Source: Candidatus Delongbacteria bacterium
GTDB taxonomy: Bacteria; CAIWAD01
NCBI GenBank assembly: GCA_963663545.1
Contig: OY760505.1
Location: 3,488,001-3,552,000, forward strand
Direction of reading: 5' to 3'
Length of the DNA stretch: 64,000 nt
Both the position numbers and the translations under genes were made by a program. Below are positions 31,182 to 41,255 of this stretch, piece by piece. How positions within the stretch are numbered: position 1 is the first letter of the stretch; the number at the start of each line of letters is the position of its first letter. The notes under the pieces were generated by a model. The model did no database searches and had not been told where the DNA came from. It saw nothing but the letters and a program-made list of their open reading frames with translations.

Positions 31182-31196
31182 TGGCACAAAGCTTGC
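31182..31196 (+). promoter_or_regulatory. sigma54 -24/-12 promoter
   Basis: Consensus TGGCAC-AAAGC-TTGC upstream of ATG 31243. Confidence 0.65.
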
Positions 31197-31242
31197 CATC
31201 AGCTTTGCGTCGAGATCGGAATGTAAAACGACGAGGATAACC

Positions 31243-32064
31243 ATGACGCGCTATATGCTCCCCCTGCTGACCGGTTTGCTGATGGCCACCTTTGCTTTTG
31301 CGGATTGTGTGCCCTATTCCGTAGAAAGCTTTACCCAAGGCGTCTGCATGAATGGCCAGACCATTGAAGCGTCGCGCTCCAACCCGGACAACGCGCTGGG
31401 TGCTGAGCCGGATCGTGTATTCTTCAGCATGGGCTTCACTCCTGGTGGCGAGATTGTCTTTGCACTGGATCAAGCTTACCGTGGCGGTGAGCTGACCGTG
31501 TGGGAGACCACCTATCTCAATGGCAACTACTGTCTTGAAGAGGCGGAAGTCTATGTCGGTGATGGCTCCAACTGGACTTATCTTGGCTTGGCTGACAACG
31601 ACCGGGGTGCTGGCGGTGACTATCATCCCACTGCGTTTGACTTGAGTTCTATCACGGGCTGCTATTCTCATGTGCGCCTTGTCGACGTTACTTCGTTGAG
31701 CGCGGGCTGCCCTGCCGCGGGTGATGGCTTTGATCTGGATGCCATTTGTGTTGCGGGCGCCCAAAGTTGTGTCACGGCAGATGCCCGTGAGGTACAGAGG
31801 GCCGCTTTCGGTCTACGTGGCAACTACCCCAATCCCTTCAATCCGACGACGACCATTGGCTACACGCTGCCCGAGACCGGTTACGCCAATCTGAGGGTGG
31901 TGAATGTACAGGGCCAAACGGTGAGCACTTTGGTCAACGGTTTGCAGGCCGGTGGCGAGCACGACGTCAGTTTTGATGCCAGCGAGCTGCCCAGCGGCGT
32001 CTATTTCAGCATTCTGCAGTGCGGTGAGTATCACGATGTCCGCAAGATGACGCTGATTCGCTGA
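31243..32064 (+). CDS. Secreted Cys-rich protein with T9SS type A-like sorting domain
   Basis: Signal peptide; GFDLDAI motif; NYPNPFNPTTTI..LPSGVYF..KMTLIR. Confidence 0.85.
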   Translation: MTRYMLPLLTGLLMATFAFADCVPYSVESFTQGVCMNGQTIEASRSNPDNALGAEPDRVFFSMGFTPGGEIVFALDQAYRGGELTVWETTYLNGNYCLEEAEVYVGDGSNWTYLGLADNDRGAGGDYHPTAFDLSSITGCYSHVRLVDVTSLSAGCPAAGDGFDLDAICVAGAQSCVTADAREVQRAAFGLRGNYPNPFNPTTTIGYTLPETGYANLRVVNVQGQTVSTLVNGLQAGGEHDVSFDASELPSGVYFSILQCGEYHDVRKMTLIR

Positions 32065-32088
32065 TATTTTCTTCAGCAGCTATACATC

Positions 32089-32118
32089 AGCCCCGCTCCA
32101 AAGGCGGGGCTTTTTCTT
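32089..32118 (+). terminator. Rho-independent terminator
   Basis: agccccgc..gcggggctttttctt. Confidence 0.75.
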
Positions 32119-32152
32119 GCGCCACAGACGAAGGATGGCCAACTTGTGATAC

Positions 32153-33622
32153 ATGGAGGTCAAAATGGATGAGCTGTGTCTGCTACCCTGGCCGCGTCGT
32201 TTGCTAAGAAGTGCTGGAAGCTGTTCGCTTGAGCGAGGATGGCGCGCGAGCGCGTCCGCGGAGCTGTCCGGGGATGTCGCCATTCGCTCCCTTTTAAATG
32301 AACTGCAAGAGATGAGCCCGGGTCGCAGTCCAAGTCAGGTTCCCATGAGTATTGTGTCGCAGGGAGCACCGGGCCATTGTCGACTCTGCATCACGCCACA
32401 GCGGATTCAGCTGGAATACGGTGACCGTTACGGCCTGCATCACGCGAAACGCATTTTGCAGCAGCTACTGGATCACGCTCGCGATGGGCAACTGCCTTGT
32501 CTTGACATAGAAGATTGGCCGGCGTGGTCTTGGCGCGGGTTGCATTTGGATGTCAGCCGCCACTTCTTTCCGGCGAAGGTCGTTTGTGAAGTCCTCGATT
32601 TGATGGCGTATCACGGCTTGAATGTGTTCCACTGGCATTTATGCGATGATCAGGGGTGGCGACTGGAGATTCCAGATCTGCCGCGCTTGCACGAGGTCGC
32701 CGCATGGCGTGATACTGACGGCAGCCGCTATGGTGGCTGGTACACTGAGGATGATGTGCGGCAGGTCGTGACACACGCTCAGCAAGTAGGCATAGCTGTC
32801 GTTCCTGAAATAGAACTTCCCGGCCACTGCCGCGCTGCGCTGGCGGCCTATCCTCGCCTGTGCTGCAGCAGAACTCCCGGGCCAGTCCCCGGCGACTGGG
32901 GAGTTTTTGAGGATGTGTACTGCGCAGGCAGCGATGAGGTCTTCCGTTTTCTCGAGCAGGTCTTTGCGCATGTGCTCAAGCTCTTTCCCGGCCCCTGGGT
33001 GCATATCGGCGGTGATGAAGTGCCGCGCACACGTTGGGAGAAGTGCCCGCGCTGTCAACGGCGAATGCGCGATGAGGGCCTGCGTGATACAGATCAGCTG
33101 CAGGCCTGGTTCGTTGCACGCGCCGCGCAGATGTTGCAGAGAGCGGGCAAGCGTGTAATTGGCTGGGACGAAGTGCTGGATGGAGGTCTGGATTCTTCTG
33201 TGGCCGTGATGTCCTGGCGCGGAGAACAGGGCGGTCTGGCTGCAGCCCAGGCTGGGCACAAGGTAGTGATGTCCCCGGGCAGCCACTGCTACTTCGATCA
33301 CGCTCAGGCCGAGTCAGGAGAGCCGCCCGCCTTTCCTGCCGTGTTGCCGCTGGAGCGCGTGTTCCAATTCGCACCCCTGCCCGAAGGTCTGGAGGAAGTG
33401 TATCACGCAAATGTGCTGGGTGGCCAAGCCAACTGCTGGACCGAGCGTATCACAACACGGGAACACTTGCATTACATGCTCCTTCCTCGCCTGTGCGCCA
33501 TAGCGGAAGCGCTCTGGTGGCCAACGGAGGGACGCCCAGACTACGCAGACTTCCTGCAGAGACTGGCAGCGCACTCCACTGTTCTGGACCGTTATGGTTT
33601 CAAGGGAAGGAGCCTTCGCTGA
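32153..33622 (+). CDS. Beta-N-acetylhexosaminidase (GH20)
   Basis: RGLHLDVSRHF, HWHLCDDQGW, PEIELPGH, HIGGDE, WTE. Confidence 0.93.
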   Translation: MEVKMDELCLLPWPRRLLRSAGSCSLERGWRASASAELSGDVAIRSLLNELQEMSPGRSPSQVPMSIVSQGAPGHCRLCITPQRIQLEYGDRYGLHHAKRILQQLLDHARDGQLPCLDIEDWPAWSWRGLHLDVSRHFFPAKVVCEVLDLMAYHGLNVFHWHLCDDQGWRLEIPDLPRLHEVAAWRDTDGSRYGGWYTEDDVRQVVTHAQQVGIAVVPEIELPGHCRAALAAYPRLCCSRTPGPVPGDWGVFEDVYCAGSDEVFRFLEQVFAHVLKLFPGPWVHIGGDEVPRTRWEKCPRCQRRMRDEGLRDTDQLQAWFVARAAQMLQRAGKRVIGWDEVLDGGLDSSVAVMSWRGEQGGLAAAQAGHKVVMSPGSHCYFDHAQAESGEPPAFPAVLPLERVFQFAPLPEGLEEVYHANVLGGQANCWTERITTREHLHYMLLPRLCAIAEALWWPTEGRPDYADFLQRLAAHSTVLDRYGFKGRSLR

Positions 33623-33635
33623 AGATCGTGAGCGT

Positions 33636-33669
33636 GCATTAGCACGCATTAGCGCGCATTAGCCCGCAC
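33636..33669 (+). repeat. 10-bp tandem repeat GCATTAGCNC x3
   Basis: gcattagcac gcattagcgc gcattagccc upstream of pfk. Confidence 0.7.
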
Positions 33670-33718
33670 TTTGCCTTTTTCTCTACGGACCACAGAAGAA
33701 CCTGGATAGGAGGATTCC

Positions 33719-34918
33719 ATGACCAAGAACCGTGGCACCATCGCCATCCTCACGGGCGGCGGCGATGTGCCTGGCCTTAATCCGGCCATTCGCGCGTTGA
33801 CCGTGCGCGCCCTCCGCGAAGGCTTTCGCGTGCTGGGTATTCGTCGCGGCTGGGCGGGGCTGATCGAGATGATTCGCGACAAGAAGCACGACAACACTCA
33901 CTGCGTGTTGCAGCTTAGCGAGGAGATGGTCAACAAGATCGGCCGGACCGGCGGTACCTTTCTGCACACCTCGCGCACTCGCGCTTCCCATGTGCCCAAG
34001 GCCGATGTGCCCGATCACTTGCAGAGCACCTACAATCAGGAAATCAACGATCTGACGCCTGAAGTGATGGCCAATCTCGAATGGCTTGGCATCGATACCC
34101 TGATTCCCATCGGTGGCGACGACACGCTGAGCTACGGCGTACATCTGCACAACCAGGGAGTGCGAGTGCTGGCCATTCCCAAGACCATGGACAACGACGT
34201 TCCCGGCACCGACTACTGCATCGGCTTTTCGACTTGTGTCACACGCACCATCGAAATGGCCCACTCGTTGCGTACAAGCGCGGGCAGCCACGAGCGCTTC
34301 CTGGTCATCGAGGTCTTCGGACGTTACGCGGGCTTCACCGCGCTTCTGCCTACCATGGCCGGTGCCGCCAACCGCTGTCTGATTCCCGAGTACCCCTTCA
34401 ACCCGGAACAACTGACGGAGCTGATGGTCTCAGACCGCTACAGCAATCCCAGCCGTTACAGCGTCTGTCTGGTGAGCGAGGGGGCCAACTTCGCCGGGAA
34501 AAGCGGCATGGTTTTCGAGAATGAAGAAGCCGACATGTTCGGCCATAAAAAGCTGGGTGGTATTGGCGATGCGGTCTCAGCAGCCATCAAGGAGTTCTCG
34601 CCCAAGTTCAACAAGGGCCGCCGCATCAATGTGATCAACCAGCGCATGGGGTATCTGGTGCGATGCGGAGACCCCGATGCCATGGACAGCATTGTCCCGA
34701 TGGCCTTTGGCAATCTAGCCATGGACCTGGTACTGGACGGCTCTTCGGGGCGCCTGATCTGCCTGCGCAACGGTCGCTACGATCATGTGCCCATTGGCGT
34801 GGTTACCGCCACCAAGAAGCTGGTCGACGTGCACAAGTTCTACAACACCAAGCGACTGCGGCCGATTTATGAGCGCTTTGAATCCAAGCCGCTCTTCATC
34901 ATGACCGGTGATCAGTGA
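33719..34918 (+). CDS. pfkA: 6-phosphofructokinase, probably PPi-dependent
   Basis: TGGGDVPGLN, GGTFLHTSR, GGDDT (Asp indicates PPi), PKTMDND. Confidence 0.92.
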   Translation: MTKNRGTIAILTGGGDVPGLNPAIRALTVRALREGFRVLGIRRGWAGLIEMIRDKKHDNTHCVLQLSEEMVNKIGRTGGTFLHTSRTRASHVPKADVPDHLQSTYNQEINDLTPEVMANLEWLGIDTLIPIGGDDTLSYGVHLHNQGVRVLAIPKTMDNDVPGTDYCIGFSTCVTRTIEMAHSLRTSAGSHERFLVIEVFGRYAGFTALLPTMAGAANRCLIPEYPFNPEQLTELMVSDRYSNPSRYSVCLVSEGANFAGKSGMVFENEEADMFGHKKLGGIGDAVSAAIKEFSPKFNKGRRINVINQRMGYLVRCGDPDAMDSIVPMAFGNLAMDLVLDGSSGRLICLRNGRYDHVPIGVVTATKKLVDVHKFYNTKRLRPIYERFESKPLFIMTGDQ

Positions 34919-34920
34919 GC

Positions 34921-35023
34921 GTCCGCCGAAGCGGCGGGGAGTGTCCGCCGAAGCGGCGGGGAGTGTCCGCCGAAGCGGCGGGGAGTGTCCGCCGAAGCGG
35001 CGGGGAGTGTCCGCCGAAGCGGC
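34921..35023 (+). repeat. 22-bp tandem palindromic repeat, 4 full copies plus a partial
   Basis: Unit gtccgccgaagcggcggggagt; each folds ccgccg-aag-cggcgg. Confidence 0.92.
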
Positions 35024-35144
35024 CTCCGCGAACTGCGGCGACCGTTGGAAGCAGGGCCTTCATGCAGAGAATTCCTTAGCTTGTAAGCTTTTCAGGCCGC
35101 CCCATACCGGGGCGGTCATCATGTGAACCAAACCGAGTGGTACG

Positions 35145-36416
35145 ATGATCGATATCAAGCGCCTGCGCGAGAACCCGGCGGCACTGGCCGCCCTGATCGA
35201 GACGAAGAATGTCAAGGTGGATTTTGAAGCCATCCTTGAGCTGGACGCCCGTCGCCGCGAGCTGATCGCCGAGGCGGATCAGTTGAAGGCTACGCGTAAC
35301 ACGGTCAGTCGCGAGATTGCCGAGTTGCAGAAGGCGAAGCAGGACGCCGGCGAGCGTATCGCTTCCATGAAAACCGTTTCTGATCGCATCAAGGCCATCG
35401 ACGGCGAGATCAAGGAGCTGGACACACGGCAAAATGAACTGCTGCTGGCCATTCCCAACGCGCCGCACCCCAGTGCCCCGGTGGGCAGAAACGAGTTGGA
35501 CAACGTCGTCGAGCGCGACTGGGGCCAGAAGCCCGAGTTCGCCTTTGCGGTGCGTGACCACCTGGAGTTGGGCAGTCTGCACGATATCATCGATTTCCCG
35601 CGCGGCAGCAAGATCGCCGGCAGCGGTTTCCCGCTTTACAAGGGCCTGGGAGCCCGCCTTGAGCGCGCGCTGATCAACTTCATGCTGGATCTGCATACCG
35701 CCGAGCACGGCTACCGCGAGATCTTTCCGCCCTTCCTGGCCAGCGCTGAGAGCATGACCGCCACGGGTCAGTTGCCCAAGATGGCTGAGGATATGTATTA
35801 CGCGGAGAAGGACGAGCTCTACCTCATTCCCACCGCCGAGGTGCCCATTACTAACATCCATCGCGATGAGATCCTGGACGCCGACGATCTGCCCGTCTGC
35901 TATTGTGGCTATAGTGCGTGTTTCCGCCGCGAGGCGGGCAGCTACGGGCGCGACGTGCGCGGCTTTCTGCGCACGCACCAGTTCAATAAAGTGGAGCTGG
36001 TCAAGTTCGTCCATCCGGATCACGGCTACGAAGAACTGGCCAAGCTGCTGGACAACGCCGAAGAAGTGTTGCGCCGCCTGGGTCTGCATTATCGCGTGTT
36101 ACGTCTTTGCACCGGCGACCTGAGTTTTGCCAGCGCCACCACCTACGATATCGAGGTTTGGAGCCCTGCGGAGCAGAAGTATCTGGAGTGCTCCAGCTGT
36201 AGCAGCTTCGAGGATTTCCAAGCCCGTCGCGGCGCCATGCGCTACAAGGAAAAGGGCGGCAAGGCTCAGCCTTGTCACACACTCAACGGCAGTGGTCTGG
36301 CCACAAGTCGTCTGATTGTAGCGTTGTTGGAGTGCTATCAGCAAGAGGACGGCAGTATTCTGCTGCCCAAGGCGCTGCATCCCTATATGGGCGGTGTGAC
36401 ACGAATCGGAGGCTGA
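35145..36416 (+). CDS. serS: Serine-tRNA ligase
   Basis: N-terminal coiled coil; LIPTAEVP, FRREAGS, HQFNKVE, HTLNGSGLA. Confidence 0.97.
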   Translation: MIDIKRLRENPAALAALIETKNVKVDFEAILELDARRRELIAEADQLKATRNTVSREIAELQKAKQDAGERIASMKTVSDRIKAIDGEIKELDTRQNELLLAIPNAPHPSAPVGRNELDNVVERDWGQKPEFAFAVRDHLELGSLHDIIDFPRGSKIAGSGFPLYKGLGARLERALINFMLDLHTAEHGYREIFPPFLASAESMTATGQLPKMAEDMYYAEKDELYLIPTAEVPITNIHRDEILDADDLPVCYCGYSACFRREAGSYGRDVRGFLRTHQFNKVELVKFVHPDHGYEELAKLLDNAEEVLRRLGLHYRVLRLCTGDLSFASATTYDIEVWSPAEQKYLECSSCSSFEDFQARRGAMRYKEKGGKAQPCHTLNGSGLATSRLIVALLECYQQEDGSILLPKALHPYMGGVTRIGG

Positions 36417-36419
36417 GCC

Positions 36420-36986
36420 TTGCTACCACGCAACTATCGTGAGCGTGCCACACGTGTGCTGGACTGCAATCAGTGGGAAGATCTGCTGGGGCCGCGCTGC
36501 GGGCTGATCTGGCGCACGCACGACTTCGGTCTGATGCGCTTTCACTGCGATCGCCTGCACAGCCAGCAGCTACGGGAAATGGAGAAGCTGCTGAGCAATC
36601 CACGTCGCGGAGGCCTACAGCCTGAGCGCGCGGTCTTTCCCGTGAAACTGATGTATGCGCTTGGGCGCGGACGTGTATCACTGTGCGAGAATCCCGAGGA
36701 CGCCCGACTGCCGGGCTCGGCCGCATTGCTGCAGCGTGGCGAGGACCTCTACTGTGTGTGTGCCGATCCTGAAGCCGCTTTGAGGGAGCTGGCCCGTTTG
36801 GAGTCCGAGGAACGCGAAGGCGTCTTGGCGCGCATCATGGGCACACCTCAGTGTGATACAGCGACGCAATCTGTATCACAGATGAGCACGGAGCAAGACG
36901 ACGTTTCCTGCGGGCGGTGCGGACTGCTGGGCAACGAACACTGCGCGGGCGGTGCCTGCGTCAACAGCAGGACGAAAGAAGCATGA
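36420..36986 (+). CDS. Hypothetical protein
   Basis: Fills the gap between serS and trkA with tight coupling; Cys-rich tail. Confidence 0.55.
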   Translation: MLPRNYRERATRVLDCNQWEDLLGPRCGLIWRTHDFGLMRFHCDRLHSQQLREMEKLLSNPRRGGLQPERAVFPVKLMYALGRGRVSLCENPEDARLPGSAALLQRGEDLYCVCADPEAALRELARLESEEREGVLARIMGTPQCDTATQSVSQMSTEQDDVSCGRCGLLGNEHCAGGACVNSRTKEA

Positions 36987-38326
36987 AGATCGTTGTGGTG
37001 GGCGCCGGCGATGTCGGCAGCTATCTGGCCCAGTTTCTGGCACGGGAAGCCAATGAACTGACCGTGGTTGACACCAATCACCAGCGTCTGGGCGACCTGG
37101 CCGAAGAGCTCGACATTGCCACTGTGCATGGCTCAGGAACCATTGAGAGCACGCTCAGGCAGGCTGGAGCCAAAGGCGCCGATTACCTGATTGCCGCCAC
37201 CGACATTGACGAAATCAACGTGTTGGTGTGTCACGTCGCAGGTCTCTTGGGCGTCAAGCACCGCATCGCGCGCATTCGCTCCGACGAGATGGTGGTAGAA
37301 GCGCGGCGTCTGGAAATGGCCGATCTGGTGATCAATCCCGACAAGGCCGCGGTGCGCGCCATTGTCGATCTGCTGGCGCACGCTGGCACTCGCGATTACA
37401 GCGAGTTCGCCGGTGGGCGCATTCGCATGATTACCGTCGACGTGGAGCGCAAAGGTCCACTGCACGGGCTAAACCTGAAGCAGCTGGCCGACCGTTACAA
37501 GGAGCTGGACTTCCGCGTGGTCTGTCTGGTGCGCGAGGGATTGCCCACCATTCCCGGCGGCGACGACAAACTGGAGATCGGTGATCTGGTGACCTTTGCC
37601 GTGCGTAGCGCCGACACCATCGACTTCTTCAAGATCCTCGGCATCATTGATGAGGCATGCCGCAATGTGATGCTGTTGGGCGCTACACCGATGGCGGTCA
37701 ACGTGGCTGCCGCACTAGAGCAGGTGCCGGGCATGAATGTGAAGCTGTTTGCCGTGCCCGGTGAGAATCGACTGGACAACCACGAGCTGGCCGAGCTGCT
37801 GCCACACACGACGGTCTTTGATACCGAGGGAAAAGAGATCGACGCCATGGCTCAGGAGGCGCTGGGGGATATGGATGCCCTGATCGCGCTTTCGGAGGAT
37901 GAAGAGAAGAACATCATCTCTTGTCTGTTGGCAAAACACCTCGGCGTCAAACGGACGATCACAGCCATCCAGAAGGCCGAATACATGCCCATTATCAAGA
38001 CCATCGGTCTGGACGTAGGCATCAACAAACGCATCCTGGCGGCACAGGAAATCCTCAAATTCATCCGTCGCGGCGGTCTGCAGGAACAGGTCATTCTGCC
38101 CGGATCGGGCGCGCTGGTGGCCACCTTCAACGTGCGCGCCGGAAGCCCGCTGGTGGGCAAAGAACTGCGCAAACTCAAGCTTCCCAAGCCGGGCATCTTC
38201 GCCGGCTTCCAGCGACGCGGCCACATGATCATTCCCACCGGTCTCGATCGTTTCGAAGAAGGCGACGAAGCCACCGTGGTGACTCTGGAAGAACACCTGC
38301 CGGCCCTGAAGAAGCTCTTCGACTGA
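36983..38326 (+). CDS. trkA: Trk K+ uptake regulatory subunit
   Basis: MKIVVVGAGDVG; two RCK_N/RCK_C repeats. Confidence 0.93.
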   Translation: MKIVVVGAGDVGSYLAQFLAREANELTVVDTNHQRLGDLAEELDIATVHGSGTIESTLRQAGAKGADYLIAATDIDEINVLVCHVAGLLGVKHRIARIRSDEMVVEARRLEMADLVINPDKAAVRAIVDLLAHAGTRDYSEFAGGRIRMITVDVERKGPLHGLNLKQLADRYKELDFRVVCLVREGLPTIPGGDDKLEIGDLVTFAVRSADTIDFFKILGIIDEACRNVMLLGATPMAVNVAAALEQVPGMNVKLFAVPGENRLDNHELAELLPHTTVFDTEGKEIDAMAQEALGDMDALIALSEDEEKNIISCLLAKHLGVKRTITAIQKAEYMPIIKTIGLDVGINKRILAAQEILKFIRRGGLQEQVILPGSGALVATFNVRAGSPLVGKELRKLKLPKPGIFAGFQRRGHMIIPTGLDRFEEGDEATVVTLEEHLPALKKLFD

Positions 38327-38328
38327 CG

Positions 38329-39780
38329 ATGAAGCCACAGCGTGTATTACGAGCCCTTTCCCTACTGGTGTTGTTGCTGGCGGCCTCCATGCTGCTGCCG
38401 GTTTTCATTGCCATGTATTACGGCGACGGTGATGCCCTCGCGCTTTTCATCTCTGCCGTTCTGACCGCACTGACAGGCGGTGCCATGCGCTGGTTCAGCC
38501 GTCGTCAGGGCTCGGGCGACCTGAACATCAAAGAAGCCTTTGCCGTTGTCGGCCTGGGCTGGACGGTAATGGCGATTCTGGGCGCTCTGCCCTTCATGAT
38601 CTCCGGCAGCATTCCGCTGCCCCATGACGCCATTTTCGAATCCATGAGCGGCTTCACTACTACCGGCGCCAGCATTCTGCGCAGCCCTCAGGATCTCCCC
38701 CACGGCATCGCCTTCTGGCGCTGTTTCATTCAGTGGATCGGCGGACTGGGCATCGTGCTCTTTGTGCTGGCGCTGCTGCCCAACGCGGGCGGAGGCGGCA
38801 AGTACTTGTTCCGTGCGGAGACACCGGGGCCTTCCAGCGAGAAAATCACACCACGTCTGCGTGATACAGCCAAAATGCTCTGGTTGATCTATCTGGCGCT
38901 GACCGCGGCCGAGGCACTCATGCTCTGGGCCGGAGGTATGAGCTTTTTTGATTCCTGGGCTCATTCCTTTACGACGATGGCGACCGGTGGCTTCTCGACG
39001 CGCAACGCCTCGCTGGGCTACTGGGAAAGCCCTTTCATTCAGGGCACGGTGACTCTCTTCATGTTTCTGGCGGGTACTAACTTCGCCCTCTACTTCCGCG
39101 TGATCCACAAACGCAGTGTCCGTCCCCTATTTGAGGATGACGAATGGCGTAGTTACGCCCTCTTCGCTGGAGTCAGTGCGCTTCTGATCTTTGTGCTACT
39201 CTGGGCTGGCGGTTATCACGGCCCGGGACGCGCGGCCTTGCACAGCCTCTTCCAGGTGGCTTCCATCATGACCACCACGGGTTTTGCCACTGACGATTTC
39301 AACCTCTGGCCGGAAGCGACGCGCATTCTGCTTCTGCTGCTGATGCTCATCGGTGGCATGGCGGGCAGTACGGGCGGCGGCATGAAAGTGGTACGCGTCA
39401 AAGTGCTGCTGGCGCACGCCCATCAGTGTATGCGCAAAATGATTCACCCGCGTTTGGTTACCGTCGTGCGCGTCGGCACACGCGCAGTTGCCCCGGAACT
39501 GGTTTCCAACATCACCGGCTTTGCCGTGCTTTACATGGTGCTGCTGATTGGCGGCAGTCTGCTGCTGGCGCTTTTCGCTCATAGCTTTGAGGTAAGTCTC
39601 TCGGCAACCCTGGCCTGTTTGTCGAACATCGGTCCCGGCCTGGGCGCAGTGGGACCCTGCGGTCATTACGCCGATATACATGGCGTGGGCAAGGTGATGC
39701 TTACGGGGATGATGCTGTTGGGGCGCCTTGAAGTTTATACCGTGCTGGTGCTCTTCAGTCGCAATTTCTGGAAGAAGTAG
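38329..39780 (+). CDS. trkH: Trk K+ channel subunit, copy 1
   Basis: FESMSGFTTTGAS, ATGGFS, TTTGFA, SNIGPG, LGRLE. Confidence 0.95.
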   Translation: MKPQRVLRALSLLVLLLAASMLLPVFIAMYYGDGDALALFISAVLTALTGGAMRWFSRRQGSGDLNIKEAFAVVGLGWTVMAILGALPFMISGSIPLPHDAIFESMSGFTTTGASILRSPQDLPHGIAFWRCFIQWIGGLGIVLFVLALLPNAGGGGKYLFRAETPGPSSEKITPRLRDTAKMLWLIYLALTAAEALMLWAGGMSFFDSWAHSFTTMATGGFSTRNASLGYWESPFIQGTVTLFMFLAGTNFALYFRVIHKRSVRPLFEDDEWRSYALFAGVSALLIFVLLWAGGYHGPGRAALHSLFQVASIMTTTGFATDDFNLWPEATRILLLLLMLIGGMAGSTGGGMKVVRVKVLLAHAHQCMRKMIHPRLVTVVRVGTRAVAPELVSNITGFAVLYMVLLIGGSLLLALFAHSFEVSLSATLACLSNIGPGLGAVGPCGHYADIHGVGKVMLTGMMLLGRLEVYTVLVLFSRNFWKK

Positions 39781-39784
39781 CGCG

Positions 39785-41251
39785 ATGAAATCTTCCCGCG
39801 TGATACAGGTATTGTCGCATCTGGTGCTCATGCTGGCGGGCGCCTTGCTCTTTACGGCGGCAGTCACCTTTGAGTATCACGATGGTGATGTTGGCAGCTT
39901 GCTTCTGTCTGCGCTGCTGACAGCGCTGATAGGCGGAGGCCTGTGGCTGTGGAGTCGCCGTAATCACGTGGGTGGTGATCTGACCCAGCGCGAATCCTTT
40001 GTGGTGGTAGCTGTGGGCTGGGCGCTGATGGCGCTGGTGGGCGCGCTGCCTTTTCTTTTCTCCCACAGCATTCCCGCGTGGTACGACGCCTATTTCGAAT
40101 CGATGAGCGGCTTCACCACCACGGGTGCCAGCGTGCTGAACAGTCCGCAGGATCTACCCCACGGTATCGCCTTCTGGCGTTGCTTCATTCAATGGATCGG
40201 TGGTCTGGGAATCGTGCTTTTCGTGTTGGCTGTGTTGCCCAATACCGGCAGCGGCGGCAAGTATCTGTTTCGCGCCGAAAGCACCGGTATCACGGAGGGC
40301 AAGTTTACTCCGCGTCTGCGTGATACAGCCAAGCAGCTCTGGCTGATCTATTTCCTGCTGACGGCGCTGGAGGCGCTGGCACTCAAGCTGACGGGCATGC
40401 ACGGCTTTGACGCCTGGACGCACTCCTTTGCCACTATGGCCAGCGGAGGCTTTTCGACGCGCAACGCTTCGCTGGGCGCTTTCGGTGTGGGATCACAATT
40501 GGTGGTCTGCGTCTTCATGTACCTCGCTGGCTTCAACTTTGCCATCTTTGCACGCATTGTGCGCGCCTACAGAACGCGTACCCCTATGAAGGGCATGTTC
40601 AGCCGTGATACAGAATGGAAAACCTACACGACCCTGACGCTGAGTATCACGCTAGTCTGCTGGCTTCTGTTGGTGCTGCAACACGACCGTCCCTTCTGGA
40701 ACGCTGGTCTGGACAGTCTTTTTCAGACGACGTCCATCCTGAGCACTACGGGATTTGCCACCGACGATTTCAACCTGTGGCCACCGTTGGGCAAGGTGAT
40801 GATGCTCATTGCAATGACCGTCGGCGGCATGACTGGCTCGACGGCGGGCGGACTGAAGCCCATTCGTCTGCGTGTTTTGCTGGAGGAGGCCCGGGTCAGC
40901 GCGCGCAAGATGCTGCACCCGCGTATGGTCAGCGTGATACGCGTGGATGGACAGGCTTTGTCGCGCGAGGTAGTGGAACACGTCAACGGTTTCAGCGTGA
41001 TGTATCTCTTGCTGGCGGTGGCGGGGACTCTTGTGCTGACGGCGCTGGCCAGCAGTTTTGACGTGGGTCTGTCGGCCTCGCTGGCCTGCATGGGCAATGT
41101 GGGGCCGGGCCTGGGCGAAGTAGGACCGATGGGCAATTACGCAGCCCTGCACCCGGTGGCCAAGCTGTCTCTGGTGGGACTGATGCTGCTGGGAAGACTG
41201 GAACTGTACACGGTGCTGGTGCTCTTCAGCCGGCACTTCTGGAGGAAATAG
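39785..41251 (+). CDS. trkH: Trk K+ channel subunit, copy 2
   Basis: Same pore motifs (TTTGAS, ASGGFS, STTGFA, GNVGPG). Confidence 0.95.
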   Translation: MKSSRVIQVLSHLVLMLAGALLFTAAVTFEYHDGDVGSLLLSALLTALIGGGLWLWSRRNHVGGDLTQRESFVVVAVGWALMALVGALPFLFSHSIPAWYDAYFESMSGFTTTGASVLNSPQDLPHGIAFWRCFIQWIGGLGIVLFVLAVLPNTGSGGKYLFRAESTGITEGKFTPRLRDTAKQLWLIYFLLTALEALALKLTGMHGFDAWTHSFATMASGGFSTRNASLGAFGVGSQLVVCVFMYLAGFNFAIFARIVRAYRTRTPMKGMFSRDTEWKTYTTLTLSITLVCWLLLVLQHDRPFWNAGLDSLFQTTSILSTTGFATDDFNLWPPLGKVMMLIAMTVGGMTGSTAGGLKPIRLRVLLEEARVSARKMLHPRMVSVIRVDGQALSREVVEHVNGFSVMYLLLAVAGTLVLTALASSFDVGLSASLACMGNVGPGLGEVGPMGNYAALHPVAKLSLVGLMLLGRLELYTVLVLFSRHFWRK

Positions 41252-41255
41252 GATC

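Noticed and set aside
31028..32064. Island integrated at tRNA-Glu
   Set aside because: No integrase and no duplicated tRNA 3' end seen
34921..35023. Possible CRISPR array
   Set aside because: Units are contiguous with no unique spacers, and no cas genes are present
37921..38328. N-terminal extension of trkH in the ORF track
   Set aside because: Overlaps trkA; ATG 38329 gives a normal-length TrkH
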